Source: a virus (taxonomy: Duplodnaviria; Caudoviricetes). From it: a stretch of DNA of 61,321 nucleotides. The notes beneath the pieces are model-generated. The model was not told where the DNA came from and did not search any database. It worked only from the letters and a program-made list of their open reading frames with translations. Positions within the stretch are counted from its first letter, which is position 1, and every line of letters begins with the position of its first letter. Below are positions 46,195 through 55,986 of this stretch, piece after piece. The translations under genes and the position numbers were made by a program. The stretch spans positions 1 to 61,321 of the IMG/VR virus record IMGVR_UViG_3300032134_000002. One strand, given 5' to 3'.

Positions 46195-49100
46195 ATGGCC
46201 ATTCAGTTCACCAATGACGCGTCGACGTTTTTAGCCGCGAATATTTCCGCCGCCGCTACGTCCATTACGGTGGCGGATGCGTCGTCGTTCCCTGCACTTG
46301 GGGCAACGGATCACACCTATATTACGCTCTCGACGCCGGATAATTCGGCCAAAGAGATTGTCAAATGTACGGCCATCTCAGGCACAACGCTCACCGTCAT
46401 ACGTGCCCAGGAAGGCACGACGGCGCAGTCGTTCACTACGTCGGATCGCGCACAGATTCGCATCACTGCGCAATTGTTCCGCGACGTGATGGCCGCGTTT
46501 GCGTCCCTGGACACCTTTAAGTACACCGCGACGGCTGGGCAGACCACTTTTAGTGGCTCGGATACCAACGCAGCAACGCTCACGTACACCTTAAACAACA
46601 TTATTGTGATTCTGAACGGTATCAGCCTTGACGCTAGCGACTTCACTGCCACCAGTGGCACAAGTATCGTGCTGGCCACAGGGGCGGCTGCGGACGATGA
46701 ACTGGTTGTCGTCGCCTTCAAGTCGTTCACGTTAGCCGATCATTACGATAAGACTGCCTCCGATGCGAAGTACCGCACACTGACAGGCGATCAAAGCCAC
46801 GGCGATAACGTCAAGGCTAAGTTCGGTAATTCTGATGATCTGGCCATATTCCATGATGGGTCTAATAGCTATATAACTGACACTACTGGCGGCAACTTCT
46901 TCATTAATGACGATGGTGCTGGCTATCTTATGATGAAGGGCAGTGACCTTTACTTTAGAAACCCAAGTAACGTTGACATGATTCATGCCCAGTCTGGTGG
47001 GTATGTAAAGCTATACCACAACGGCAGCGAAAAACTAGAAACCACAAGTTCTGGTGTCGATATAAGCGGCACAGTCACGGCAGTAGGCGGCGCTGCAAGC
47101 AATAATGATGATGCGAATATTATGACACTTAACGCATCAGAACACGCTAGGTTATTAATAGATACATCTTCTACTAGCGGCCATAGAGCAACTTTAGCTT
47201 TAGAATCAAACGGGAATGAAACAACACTTTCAAATACAGGAGCAAATTCATATCTTACTGCCGATACAGGTCAGTTGTTCCTTAAAAGTGCCGCAAGCAA
47301 TGTTTGGTTGAATGGTACTGAGTGTGGTATGACCAATACTGATGACACTGAATATTTGATTAGAGCTACTTCAAATGGCTCAGTTAAACTTTACTATGAC
47401 GGTGTTAAGAAACTAGAAACCACAAGTTCTGGTGTCGATATAAGCGGCACAGTCACGGCTGATGGTTTGACTGTGGCAGGAAGTGACTACCAGCTTAGAA
47501 TTAATCAGGGTTCTAATCAGCCTTACTACATACGTCATGCCTCTGATAACAGTTTGCGGATGCACCTTAATGGGACAGGAGACTATGTAACCATCGACTC
47601 TAGCGGTAACGTGGGTATTGGTGTCACGCCTGAGAGTTGGAATACTGGGGGTTATGTCACAGGTTTTGATATGGGAGGCGGCGCTATATTTTCCTATAAA
47701 AATGGGGCTAACCTTCAATTTAACCTACTAAGTAATTCATATTACTCAGGCACTGGGTATAAGTATTCTAACAGTGGATCAGCAGCTGCCCATGAAATAT
47801 CTAATGGGGGGCATTATTTCCAAGTAGCCCCAAGCGGCACAGCAGACTCAGCGATTAGCTGGACTACTGCGATGACTATTGATAACAGCGGTAACGTGCT
47901 GGTGGGTACTACCGCCACTGACACAGCCGCAGTTGGTTTTAGATATAGGGCAAGTTTAGATGCTATCTCATCGGTATCTGATGGAGGAATATCTGCATAT
48001 TTTGGTAGACGTAGTTCTGATGGCGATATTGTAGCCTTCCGCAAAAATGATGCAATTGTAGGTAGTATTGGTACTACTGGCGGCGAAATGTACATTGGCA
48101 GTGGCGATTGCGCACTTAGATTTAATGATGGTGGCGATCAAATACGAGTTTCAACAAGTACTGGTTCAAACAGGGACGGTGCTATTGACTTAGGCTTTAC
48201 AGATTCTCGCTTCAAAGACGGCCATTTCTCAGGCACAGTGAATGCTGGTGGTCTGGTGGTTAATGCAGGCGCTTCCAACGTAGTTGCCACTTTTGAAAGC
48301 ACCGATAGTGTTGGCGCAATCGAACTAAAAGACTCGTCAGGCACTTGTGAACTGAGTACCTCAAATAGCGGTTTCAGTGTACAACCAAACGGAGGGGCAA
48401 GCGTACTAACTGTTGACTCTAGCGGTAATATGGATATTAGCGGCACTACTGGTCAAATATCTAGTGCATCTACAGACGAAGGAGCAGTTTTACGATTATC
48501 AAATAAAAAATCATTTGAAAATGGTTATGATGGAAACGCTTTTGTTGGTGGGATTGAATTTTATACTCAGGATAGCTCAGAAGGGGGCCCACAAGTATTT
48601 GGCGCTATTAAACAAAGACAATTAAATTATTATAATAATCAAGCAATGTGCTTTTTTACAAGCACATATAACGGAAGCTTAACAGAACGCCTCAGAATCG
48701 ACTCCAGCGGTAACTCCATATTTGGTGGTGGCTCACTGTACGGCTCTAACACTGTTTCTATAACGGCTGCGAGTGGTATAGATCAACGTTGGCAGTCTGG
48801 CGTAGCACACAGCAATTTACAAAATGCTATTTCAGGTGTGTCAAATGGATTCCAAACGGAGCAGGATAGTTCCAATAATCTCACATACACTTTCCACACT
48901 GGAGCTAACGCAGTTGGTTTAAAACTCGACTCCAGCGGTAATCTCGGCATAGGTGTCACGCCTGAGAGTTGGCATACTGGTTACAATGCTTTGCAGATTG
49001 GCGGTAGGGGTTTCCTTGCTGCCCACACAGGTAGTGACTGCTACTTAGGGCAGAATGCCTATTACAATAATGGCTGGAAATATATAGACACCGGCAATGC

Positions 49101-49827
49101 TGCCTCATTTATCCAGCAATCGGGCGGTTTGATTCAACATTTTGTAGCCCCAAGCGGCACAGCAGACTCAGCGATAAGCTGGACTACTGCGATGACGATT
49201 GATAATAGTGGTCGAGTTATAATGGGTACAAGTACCACTGGCAATCATCCGAGCTGGTTTGGTAGTGGCACAAGAACTGGTTTGTGTATTCAAGGTGGTG
49301 GCGGTGGCCCTCACGTTCTTTATCTAAAGAATAATGACACTAGCGGTGGGGCTAATATGATTCAGTTCGTAGACGGCTCTGGTGATATTTGTGGTGCTAT
49401 TAACTCTAATGCCACATCAAATACCACATCTTATTCAACAACCTCAGACTACCGTGCTAAAGAAAACGTCACACCTATGACTAATGCATCTGAACGCTTG
49501 ATGCAGCTAAAGCCAAGCAACTTTAATTTTATTACTGACCCTGAAACCTTATGGGATGGTTTCTTGGCCCATGAAGCGCAAGCGGTTGTACCTGAGAGCG
49601 TTGTAGGTGACAAAGATGCCATGCGTGACGAAGAGTATGAAGTCACTCCAGCTATTGAAGCCACCTTTGATGATGAAGGTGAGGAACTTACAGCAGCCGT
49701 TGATGCAGTTATGGGTACTCGTTCAGTGCCCGATATGCAGGGCATAGATCAGAGCAAGTTGGTTCCATTATTAACGGCGGCTCTGCAAGAAGCACTGGCC
49801 CGAATTGAAGCATTGGAGAATAAATAA
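46195..49827 (+). CDS. Tail fibre 1 with C-terminal S74 intramolecular chaperone
   Basis: Repeated IDSSGN modules; TSDYRAKENV..GFLAHE..IDQSKLVPLL.ALQE. Confidence 0.9.
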   Translation: MAIQFTNDASTFLAANISAAATSITVADASSFPALGATDHTYITLSTPDNSAKEIVKCTAISGTTLTVIRAQEGTTAQSFTTSDRAQIRITAQLFRDVMAAFASLDTFKYTATAGQTTFSGSDTNAATLTYTLNNIIVILNGISLDASDFTATSGTSIVLATGAAADDELVVVAFKSFTLADHYDKTASDAKYRTLTGDQSHGDNVKAKFGNSDDLAIFHDGSNSYITDTTGGNFFINDDGAGYLMMKGSDLYFRNPSNVDMIHAQSGGYVKLYHNGSEKLETTSSGVDISGTVTAVGGAASNNDDANIMTLNASEHARLLIDTSSTSGHRATLALESNGNETTLSNTGANSYLTADTGQLFLKSAASNVWLNGTECGMTNTDDTEYLIRATSNGSVKLYYDGVKKLETTSSGVDISGTVTADGLTVAGSDYQLRINQGSNQPYYIRHASDNSLRMHLNGTGDYVTIDSSGNVGIGVTPESWNTGGYVTGFDMGGGAIFSYKNGANLQFNLLSNSYYSGTGYKYSNSGSAAAHEISNGGHYFQVAPSGTADSAISWTTAMTIDNSGNVLVGTTATDTAAVGFRYRASLDAISSVSDGGISAYFGRRSSDGDIVAFRKNDAIVGSIGTTGGEMYIGSGDCALRFNDGGDQIRVSTSTGSNRDGAIDLGFTDSRFKDGHFSGTVNAGGLVVNAGASNVVATFESTDSVGAIELKDSSGTCELSTSNSGFSVQPNGGASVLTVDSSGNMDISGTTGQISSASTDEGAVLRLSNKKSFENGYDGNAFVGGIEFYTQDSSEGGPQVFGAIKQRQLNYYNNQAMCFFTSTYNGSLTERLRIDSSGNSIFGGGSLYGSNTVSITAASGIDQRWQSGVAHSNLQNAISGVSNGFQTEQDSSNNLTYTFHTGANAVGLKLDSSGNLGIGVTPESWHTGYNALQIGGRGFLAAHTGSDCYLGQNAYYNNGWKYIDTGNAASFIQQSGGLIQHFVAPSGTADSAISWTTAMTIDNSGRVIMGTSTTGNHPSWFGSGTRTGLCIQGGGGGPHVLYLKNNDTSGGANMIQFVDGSGDICGAINSNATSNTTSYSTTSDYRAKENVTPMTNASERLMQLKPSNFNFITDPETLWDGFLAHEAQAVVPESVVGDKDAMRDEEYEVTPAIEATFDDEGEELTAAVDAVMGTRSVPDMQGIDQSKLVPLLTAALQEALARIEALENK

Positions 49828-52730
49828 TGAGCAGAGCAAGAAACCTCGCAGACCTACTCGACAGCAGCGGTGATGTTAAGTCTGCGAGTTTAGACAACGA
49901 AATCTCGCTGGGCGACAACGTCAAAGCCAAGTTTGGTGCTGGTGATGATTTGCAGATTTACCATGATGGTAATGATAGTTACATAACTGATACAGGTACG
50001 GGTCTTTTATTTATAAGAGGTAGTTCAGGCGTAAGAATACAAGGTGCTAATGGCGAAAACGGTATTACATTAAATGAAAATGCCTCAGCAGATTTGTACT
50101 ATGACAACTCAAAGAAACTAGCCACCACTTCATCTGGTGTCGATATTAGCGGCAACTTGCAACTAGGTGGCACAAACATAATTAACTCTGGGTTGGCTAT
50201 GTACAACCTCGAATCATTTAAGATGGCAGATGGTAAGAAAGCGATCTTTGGCTCTAGTGATGATCTTCAAATCTACCATGATGGCAATCACAGCATCATT
50301 GAAGACGTAGGTACAGGGGCTATCAAAATCAAGGTCGGTGATTTCCGAGTTGAGAATGCGTCCGGCAACAATCTGATCAAAGGTGTCGGGGATGTAGCCT
50401 CATTGCACCATGCAGGAGCAACCAAGCTAGCCACCACAAGTTCTGGTGTCGATATAAGCGGCAGTGTTACTGCTAATACTGAAATCGAAGTGACAGGGAG
50501 TAGTGCCTACCTCCGTTTAACTTCAACAAGCGGAACGGGCGAGTGTGAATTACGCCTAGGTGATTCTGCCGATACTGACGCAGGTTCTATTGCATACCAA
50601 AACAATGGTGATTATATGCAGTTCAGAGCGGGTGCTGCTGAACGTATGCGCATCGACAGTGCTGGTCGCATGATGCTTGGTCAGACTTGGCCTTATGCAC
50701 CGACAGGTGGTGGGTTCACACCACTTACGCTTACTGGAAGTGGCAACTCAAGGACAGATCTTGTGGTGTCAAACCAAACTAACGGTGCTGACTCAGGTGC
50801 AGCAGTGGTGTTAGGTGCTTATGGTGCTGATCACATCATCGAAGGACAGTCTGCCGCGCAAGGCGGAGCTTTAACCTTTACAAAAAGCGGCTCAGAACGC
50901 CTCAGAATCGACTCTAGCGGTAATGTGCTGTATGGCAAAATGGACGCTTCGATTGCGGTTGAAGGTACATTTATCGGGGGTGGTGGTAACAACGGCACTG
51001 TTGAGATAACCCGTGACCAAAACCGACCTTTACGGCTCAACCGCACAAGCAGTAATGGCTCGATTTTAGAGCTACTTAAAGATGGCAGCACCGCAGGTAT
51101 TATTGGCGCGGTTGGAACGCAATCATATATTCATGGTGGGGGTACAGATGTAGGTCTTTACTGGGGTTCTAATAATATTTACCCATATAGGCAAGCAGGA
51201 CTTAACGATGCCACTATTGATTTAGGTCAATCTTCTAAACGCTTCAAAGACCTTTACCTAAGCGGCAGCGTATACATAAGTGGTCAACGGATTAGCTCAG
51301 ATGGCAGTGGTTCACTTGACATTGGTTACGGTAAAACAGGTACCACAAGCGTTCTCGATATATACGACAACACTAGCAAGGTTTTCACTGTTAAACGCGG
51401 CGGTAACGTCGGCATAAACCACGGATTAGGCGGTGGTAACATGAACTCTAAGTTCAATGTTTTTGCCGATGGAGAAGCACTCAGATTAGATGGTACTGCA
51501 AATACATCCCGAACACTTAGGTTTAGAAATACCGGAACAAATGGATCTTCTAACGCTATCATCACATCTGATGGAACATTACAAATAAAAAATGAAGATG
51601 CTAATGCTGCACTGTATTTCAACTCTGTAAGAAATATGGACTTCCAAGTAACATCTGGAAATGGTACGGCTGGTCACTTTACATTCTCCTCTTACAATAC
51701 AGAGATTATGAGAATTGACGGAGCAAATAATAGAGTCGGCATAGGCAGCTCGGCACCTTCACAGAAGCTTACGGTTTATGAGAATAATTCTAGTTACGGC
51801 AGTACAGCAATCCATGTACATAATGATAAGGCTGATGACGCAGCAATACTTATTTTGGAAGGTAAGCGTTCATCAACTAATGACACAGCCCAGATCATCA
51901 TGGCTAACGATGGGGATAATGTAGCTGCCATCAAAGCGTACTCTGGTGCTGATGAAGGTGAGCTGCGCTTTTACACTAGCCCAACAGGTTCGGGTGATGT
52001 ACTCACACAACGCCTCACCATTGACAGCTCTGGTCGTGCTTTGATTGGAATAACAGGCGCGTCTGGTTATGGGCAACTTGAAACCACAACGTTCACAACA
52101 GAAGGTCAGTGTATTCTGGCACGAACAGGCGGTGAGGTATTGGTCGGCACAGCGAGTAACGTAGTCGCTTCATCCAATGCTAAATTCGACATGGTGTTTC
52201 CTGATAATAGTGGCATTGCGATGGGGTCAGCCTACACCTATGCCAATATTTATGGCAGCGGCGGCGATCTTTACCTACGCGCAAACGCATACCCAGCGAA
52301 CACAGGCAGTCCATCAAAGATTCACTTACAAACAGCCAACGGTTCGGGCGGTCAGGCGAGTGAGGTTGTCATTGATAATGGCAACGTGGGCATAGCCACC
52401 CAGTCACCTACGGCTCCATTAGAAATAAAGAAAAGTGCTAATTTCTATACAAGCTCAACATCCTCTTGGACAAACTCTGTCTATGTAGGCACAAGCGGCA
52501 AGTCGTATACAGTCAGCCTAGCTAGTTCTGAAAACAACTACAGCCAGCAGTGGTCTGTGAGTGGTAGCCCAGTCTACGGTACATGCTACGCCCACATGGT
52601 CGGTGATAGTGGCCATGCTCACTCAAAGGATATCCAATTTCGCGTTAATAGTGGGTACTTGCAATTTAAGAATGTTAGCTATTCTACTGGGCGAAACGTC
52701 GTAGTTTATCAACTTTCAAGGAGCGTGTAG
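49827..52730 (+). CDS. Tail fibre 2
   Basis: MSRARNLAD start; DDLQIYHDG and ERLRIDSSGN modules. Confidence 0.85.
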   Translation: MSRARNLADLLDSSGDVKSASLDNEISLGDNVKAKFGAGDDLQIYHDGNDSYITDTGTGLLFIRGSSGVRIQGANGENGITLNENASADLYYDNSKKLATTSSGVDISGNLQLGGTNIINSGLAMYNLESFKMADGKKAIFGSSDDLQIYHDGNHSIIEDVGTGAIKIKVGDFRVENASGNNLIKGVGDVASLHHAGATKLATTSSGVDISGSVTANTEIEVTGSSAYLRLTSTSGTGECELRLGDSADTDAGSIAYQNNGDYMQFRAGAAERMRIDSAGRMMLGQTWPYAPTGGGFTPLTLTGSGNSRTDLVVSNQTNGADSGAAVVLGAYGADHIIEGQSAAQGGALTFTKSGSERLRIDSSGNVLYGKMDASIAVEGTFIGGGGNNGTVEITRDQNRPLRLNRTSSNGSILELLKDGSTAGIIGAVGTQSYIHGGGTDVGLYWGSNNIYPYRQAGLNDATIDLGQSSKRFKDLYLSGSVYISGQRISSDGSGSLDIGYGKTGTTSVLDIYDNTSKVFTVKRGGNVGINHGLGGGNMNSKFNVFADGEALRLDGTANTSRTLRFRNTGTNGSSNAIITSDGTLQIKNEDANAALYFNSVRNMDFQVTSGNGTAGHFTFSSYNTEIMRIDGANNRVGIGSSAPSQKLTVYENNSSYGSTAIHVHNDKADDAAILILEGKRSSTNDTAQIIMANDGDNVAAIKAYSGADEGELRFYTSPTGSGDVLTQRLTIDSSGRALIGITGASGYGQLETTTFTTEGQCILARTGGEVLVGTASNVVASSNAKFDMVFPDNSGIAMGSAYTYANIYGSGGDLYLRANAYPANTGSPSKIHLQTANGSGGQASEVVIDNGNVGIATQSPTAPLEIKKSANFYTSSTSSWTNSVYVGTSGKSYTVSLASSENNYSQQWSVSGSPVYGTCYAHMVGDSGHAHSKDIQFRVNSGYLQFKNVSYSTGRNVVVYQLSRSV

Positions 52731-52732
52731 TA

Positions 52733-53056
52733 ATGATTGTATATAAGTTAACTTCGACCTTCTATTTTGAGACTGAGCTGGAAGTTGAAGATATTGTATT
52801 GGATGACTACACAGTAAGTGTAGCTCCCCCAAGTGACAGCATTAATCCTAGATGGATAGATAATCAGTGGGTCGATGTGTCTGACGAAGTTCGTGATAAC
52901 GAGGCTCAGGAGCAACGGAACCAAATAGACATAAATTTGGCTGCTATGGAATACCTAAGCTCAACTGACTGGTATGAAATCAGAGCTATCAACGGAAAAC
53001 CCGTCCCCGAAGATATTTTACAAAAGCGACAAGAGGCAAGAGAGGCTATCGTATGA
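52733..53056 (+). CDS. Tail fibre assembly chaperone-like protein
   Basis: YLSSTDWY.IR..G.PVP..I..KRQEAR. Confidence 0.7.
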   Translation: MIVYKLTSTFYFETELEVEDIVLDDYTVSVAPPSDSINPRWIDNQWVDVSDEVRDNEAQEQRNQIDINLAAMEYLSSTDWYEIRAINGKPVPEDILQKRQEAREAIV

Positions 53057-53114
53057 GCAGAACCAACCGAAGAACCAACCGAAGAACCAACCGAAACCGA
53101 AGAGGCTTAACCCT

Positions 53115-53339
53115 ATGAGTAACAACACCGTAATGATTAATGACAGCAGCTATGTGTTTGATGACATGTCGGAAACAGCACAAGCGGCATATCAGCAGCT
53201 TTTATCGCTGCGTAACCAGATGGCTGATCTATCCATGCGACAGCAACAGATCGCCGCAGCACAGTCAGTGTTTGAGCAAGCGCTGGGAGAAGAGTTAGCC
53301 AAGCAACCAGAAGAAGCTGAGTTAGCCGCAGAAGGCTAA
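53115..53339 (+). CDS. Small coiled-coil protein
   Basis: GAGG SD before ATG 53115. Confidence 0.65.
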   Translation: MSNNTVMINDSSYVFDDMSETAQAAYQQLLSLRNQMADLSMRQQQIAAAQSVFEQALGEELAKQPEEAELAAEG

Positions 53340-53349
53340 GGAGTGACGT

Positions 53350-53754
53350 ATGAATCCCATCCTGACATTTATTGGCAATATCCTGACGGGCGGCGGGGTG
53401 GTCACCGAAGTGGTGAAGACCGGCGCGGCGTTTGTTAAGGGTAAGATCGAAACCAAGCGCGTGGCAGTTGAGGCGGATAACCGTATTCGCCAAGAGTTGC
53501 TGCGGCAAGGTGGCAGTTGGGATGAGATTCACGCACAAAACGCAGGCAATAGCTACAAAGACGAGTTTTGGACCATTATTTTCGCCATCCCATTGGTCAT
53601 GTGCTTCATTCCGTCCCTGGTGCCTTATGTTGTCGAGGGTTTTGCGGCCTTGGACGGCATGCCGGAGTGGTACCGCTATGCAGTGGGCACATTAGTTGCC
53701 GCCAGTGTTGGATTTCGCAAGCTTACGGACGTAATGGGCAAGCGAAAAACTTAA
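53350..53754 (+). CDS. Putative holin
   Basis: SYKDEFWTII..PL..CFIP..GF.AL..MPEWY; two to three TM segments; next to endolysin. Confidence 0.65.
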   Translation: MNPILTFIGNILTGGGVVTEVVKTGAAFVKGKIETKRVAVEADNRIRQELLRQGGSWDEIHAQNAGNSYKDEFWTIIFAIPLVMCFIPSLVPYVVEGFAALDGMPEWYRYAVGTLVAASVGFRKLTDVMGKRKT

Positions 53755-53768
53755 CTTTGCTATATAAT

Positions 53769-53783
53769 ATAAGCAGTGCTAAT
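53769..53783. promoter_or_regulatory. Palindromic operator copy ATAAGCAGTGCTAAT
   Basis: Immediately after TATAAT (53763-53768), upstream of the endolysin unit. Confidence 0.8.
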
Positions 53784-53797
53784 ACATCGGAACAGTT

Positions 53798-54019
53798 ATG
53801 CAAGACCTAGAAAAGCGGGTGACAAAGGTTGAGTTCGCAATTGATGCCCACGCAGATCAGCTGGCTGAACTGCATGCTGTGTCAAAAGAGTTGCACACCA
53901 CGCTCAGTGGTATTCAGGCAACCCTCATGCAGATCAAATGGATCGCCATAGGGGCATTGTTAGTTGTGCTCATCAGCGACAGCGCGCTTGGAGCACAACT
54001 ATTGAAGATGCTAGCGTGA
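53798..54019 (+). CDS. Small coiled-coil plus TM lysis-associated protein
   Basis: N-terminal coil, C-terminal hydrophobic helix; GTGA overlap with endolysin. Confidence 0.6.
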   Translation: MQDLEKRVTKVEFAIDAHADQLAELHAVSKELHTTLSGIQATLMQIKWIAIGALLVVLISDSALGAQLLKMLA

Positions 54020-54390
54020 ACAGCTGGAAATATTTCTCCGAGGAGGAGCTGAAGTGCAGCCACACGGGCAAATGCCTCATGGACCCAGGCTTTATGATCA
54101 CCCTCGAAGCTATTAGAAAAAAATGTGGTTTCCCCTTCACAATAACCTCCGCGTATCGCGATCCAACGCACCCTATTGAAGCTAAAAAATCTAAGCCCGG
54201 TGCACATGCTAGCGGTCGTGCTATCGATATTGCCGTGCGCGGTGACAAAGCACTAAAACTAATCAGAGTTGCATTTGAGTTTGGTATTACGGGCATCGGC
54301 GTACAGCAAAAAGGTGGGGGTCGATTTATCCACCTAGATGACTTAGGGCTCAGTGAAGGGTTCGCAAGACCAAATATTTGGAGTTATTAA
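54016..54390 (+). CDS. Endolysin, peptidase M15A family
   Basis: YFSEEELKC, ITSAYR, GAHASGRAIDI and FIHLD motifs. Confidence 0.88.
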   Translation: MNSWKYFSEEELKCSHTGKCLMDPGFMITLEAIRKKCGFPFTITSAYRDPTHPIEAKKSKPGAHASGRAIDIAVRGDKALKLIRVAFEFGITGIGVQQKGGGRFIHLDDLGLSEGFARPNIWSY

Positions 54391-55986
54391 ATGGCCAGTT
54401 TCAGCGTCTCAGAGTTCAACGGTATCGCGCCTAAAATCGCACCCCGCCTTTTGGGGAGTTCCGTTGCCCAGGCAGCGGACAACGTGCGTTTGGATTCAGG
54501 CCGTTTAGAAGCATTACCCAACGCCAGTGCCTCAGTTCACACGGTGCCATCAGGCACTAATACAGTGTACCTCTACTCAGGTTCCTACTGGAAGAATTAC
54601 ACTGCACAGGTAGATATTGTGGAGGGCCCAATTGTTAATGACGTGACTGAACGCGTGTACTATACAGGTGAGACCTACCCAAAGATCTACCGTAACGATG
54701 GTGGCCCATATCGCCTAGGGGTTCCAGCCCCTACGACAACGCCCAGCGTCACAGTAACGGGCACAGCTGATGCGGACGCCCTCGAGGAGAGTAGAAGCTA
54801 TGTCGTCACATTCGTCACAAGTTGGGGAGAAGAAGGACCCCCATCAGCTGCTAGTACACCAGTTGAGTATCGAGACGGAGAAACTGTCACGGTCACTCTG
54901 CCAGCTATCCCTACTACTAGCGGCCTTAATTTTAGTTCGGGTGCTCTAAAGCGCATCTACCGCACCAACACAGGCAGCAGTGGTACGAGCTATCAGTTCG
55001 TCGCTCAGTTGCCATATACCGCAACCACGCTAGTGGACTCTGTCGCCAACAACGCACTGGGGGAAGTGATCCCATCAGTGTCTTGGATGCGGCCACCAGA
55101 CGATGACACTGCAATGTTCCCAACGGGCGCTATGCAAGGACTTTGCTCAATGGGCAACGGCATCATGGCGGGGTTCAGCGGCAAAACACTGTGTTTTTGT
55201 GTACCTTATCTGCCCCATGCATGGCCTGTTTCATATCAGTTAGCTACTGAGTCCGACATTGTCGCAATCAAACCAGTGCCCGGCGGGCTAGTAGTAGGTA
55301 CGAAAGGCAAGCCCTACATTGCACAAGGTACAGATCCAGCGTCCATTAGCCTAATTCAGTTAGAGAGTGACCAAGCGTGCGTAAGTAAGATGTCCATGGT
55401 GGATATGGGCGGCTACGTGATGTACGCATCGCCTGACGGTTTGGTCGCAGTTGAGGGCGGTCGAGTTCAAATAGTCACAGAACCGCTACTTCGTCGGTCA
55501 CAGTGGCAAACGTACAACCCGTCTGTTATGAAAGCGATGAACTACGAAGGCACTTACATTGCCTCGAACGCATCGCAGAGCATCGTGTTTGATCCTCGCG
55601 GTGGTAAGAACTCATTAACAACGTGCAGCGACACATTCACCGCAGCGTATAACCACCTTGAGACAGACACCTTATACTTTGTGGACGGTACGTCCGTGAA
55701 GAAGTTTGGGCAGGGCACAGGGTCCTACAGCTACACATGGAAATCCAAGCCATTTACTAGTACTGCACCACGCAATTTAGGTTGGGCGCGGCTCGATGCC
55801 GATACCTACCCCGTCACACTGAAACTCTACGCCGACACTGTATTGGTGGCTACGCAAAGCGTCACGGACAGTGAGCCATTTCGTTTACCTTCGGGCACTC
55901 GTGCAAAGCAGTGGGAGATTGAACTGTCTGGCACAAGTGCAGTGAACAGCGTCGCTATCGCAGACAACATGGCTGAATTAATATGA
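54391..55986 (+). CDS. Tail nozzle/stabilisation-like protein
   Basis: FNGIAP.I.PRLL..AQ.A.N; beta-propeller-like content; YTWKSK.F. Confidence 0.65.
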   Translation: MASFSVSEFNGIAPKIAPRLLGSSVAQAADNVRLDSGRLEALPNASASVHTVPSGTNTVYLYSGSYWKNYTAQVDIVEGPIVNDVTERVYYTGETYPKIYRNDGGPYRLGVPAPTTTPSVTVTGTADADALEESRSYVVTFVTSWGEEGPPSAASTPVEYRDGETVTVTLPAIPTTSGLNFSSGALKRIYRTNTGSSGTSYQFVAQLPYTATTLVDSVANNALGEVIPSVSWMRPPDDDTAMFPTGAMQGLCSMGNGIMAGFSGKTLCFCVPYLPHAWPVSYQLATESDIVAIKPVPGGLVVGTKGKPYIAQGTDPASISLIQLESDQACVSKMSMVDMGGYVMYASPDGLVAVEGGRVQIVTEPLLRRSQWQTYNPSVMKAMNYEGTYIASNASQSIVFDPRGGKNSLTTCSDTFTAAYNHLETDTLYFVDGTSVKKFGQGTGSYSYTWKSKPFTSTAPRNLGWARLDADTYPVTLKLYADTVLVATQSVTDSEPFRLPSGTRAKQWEIELSGTSAVNSVAIADNMAELI

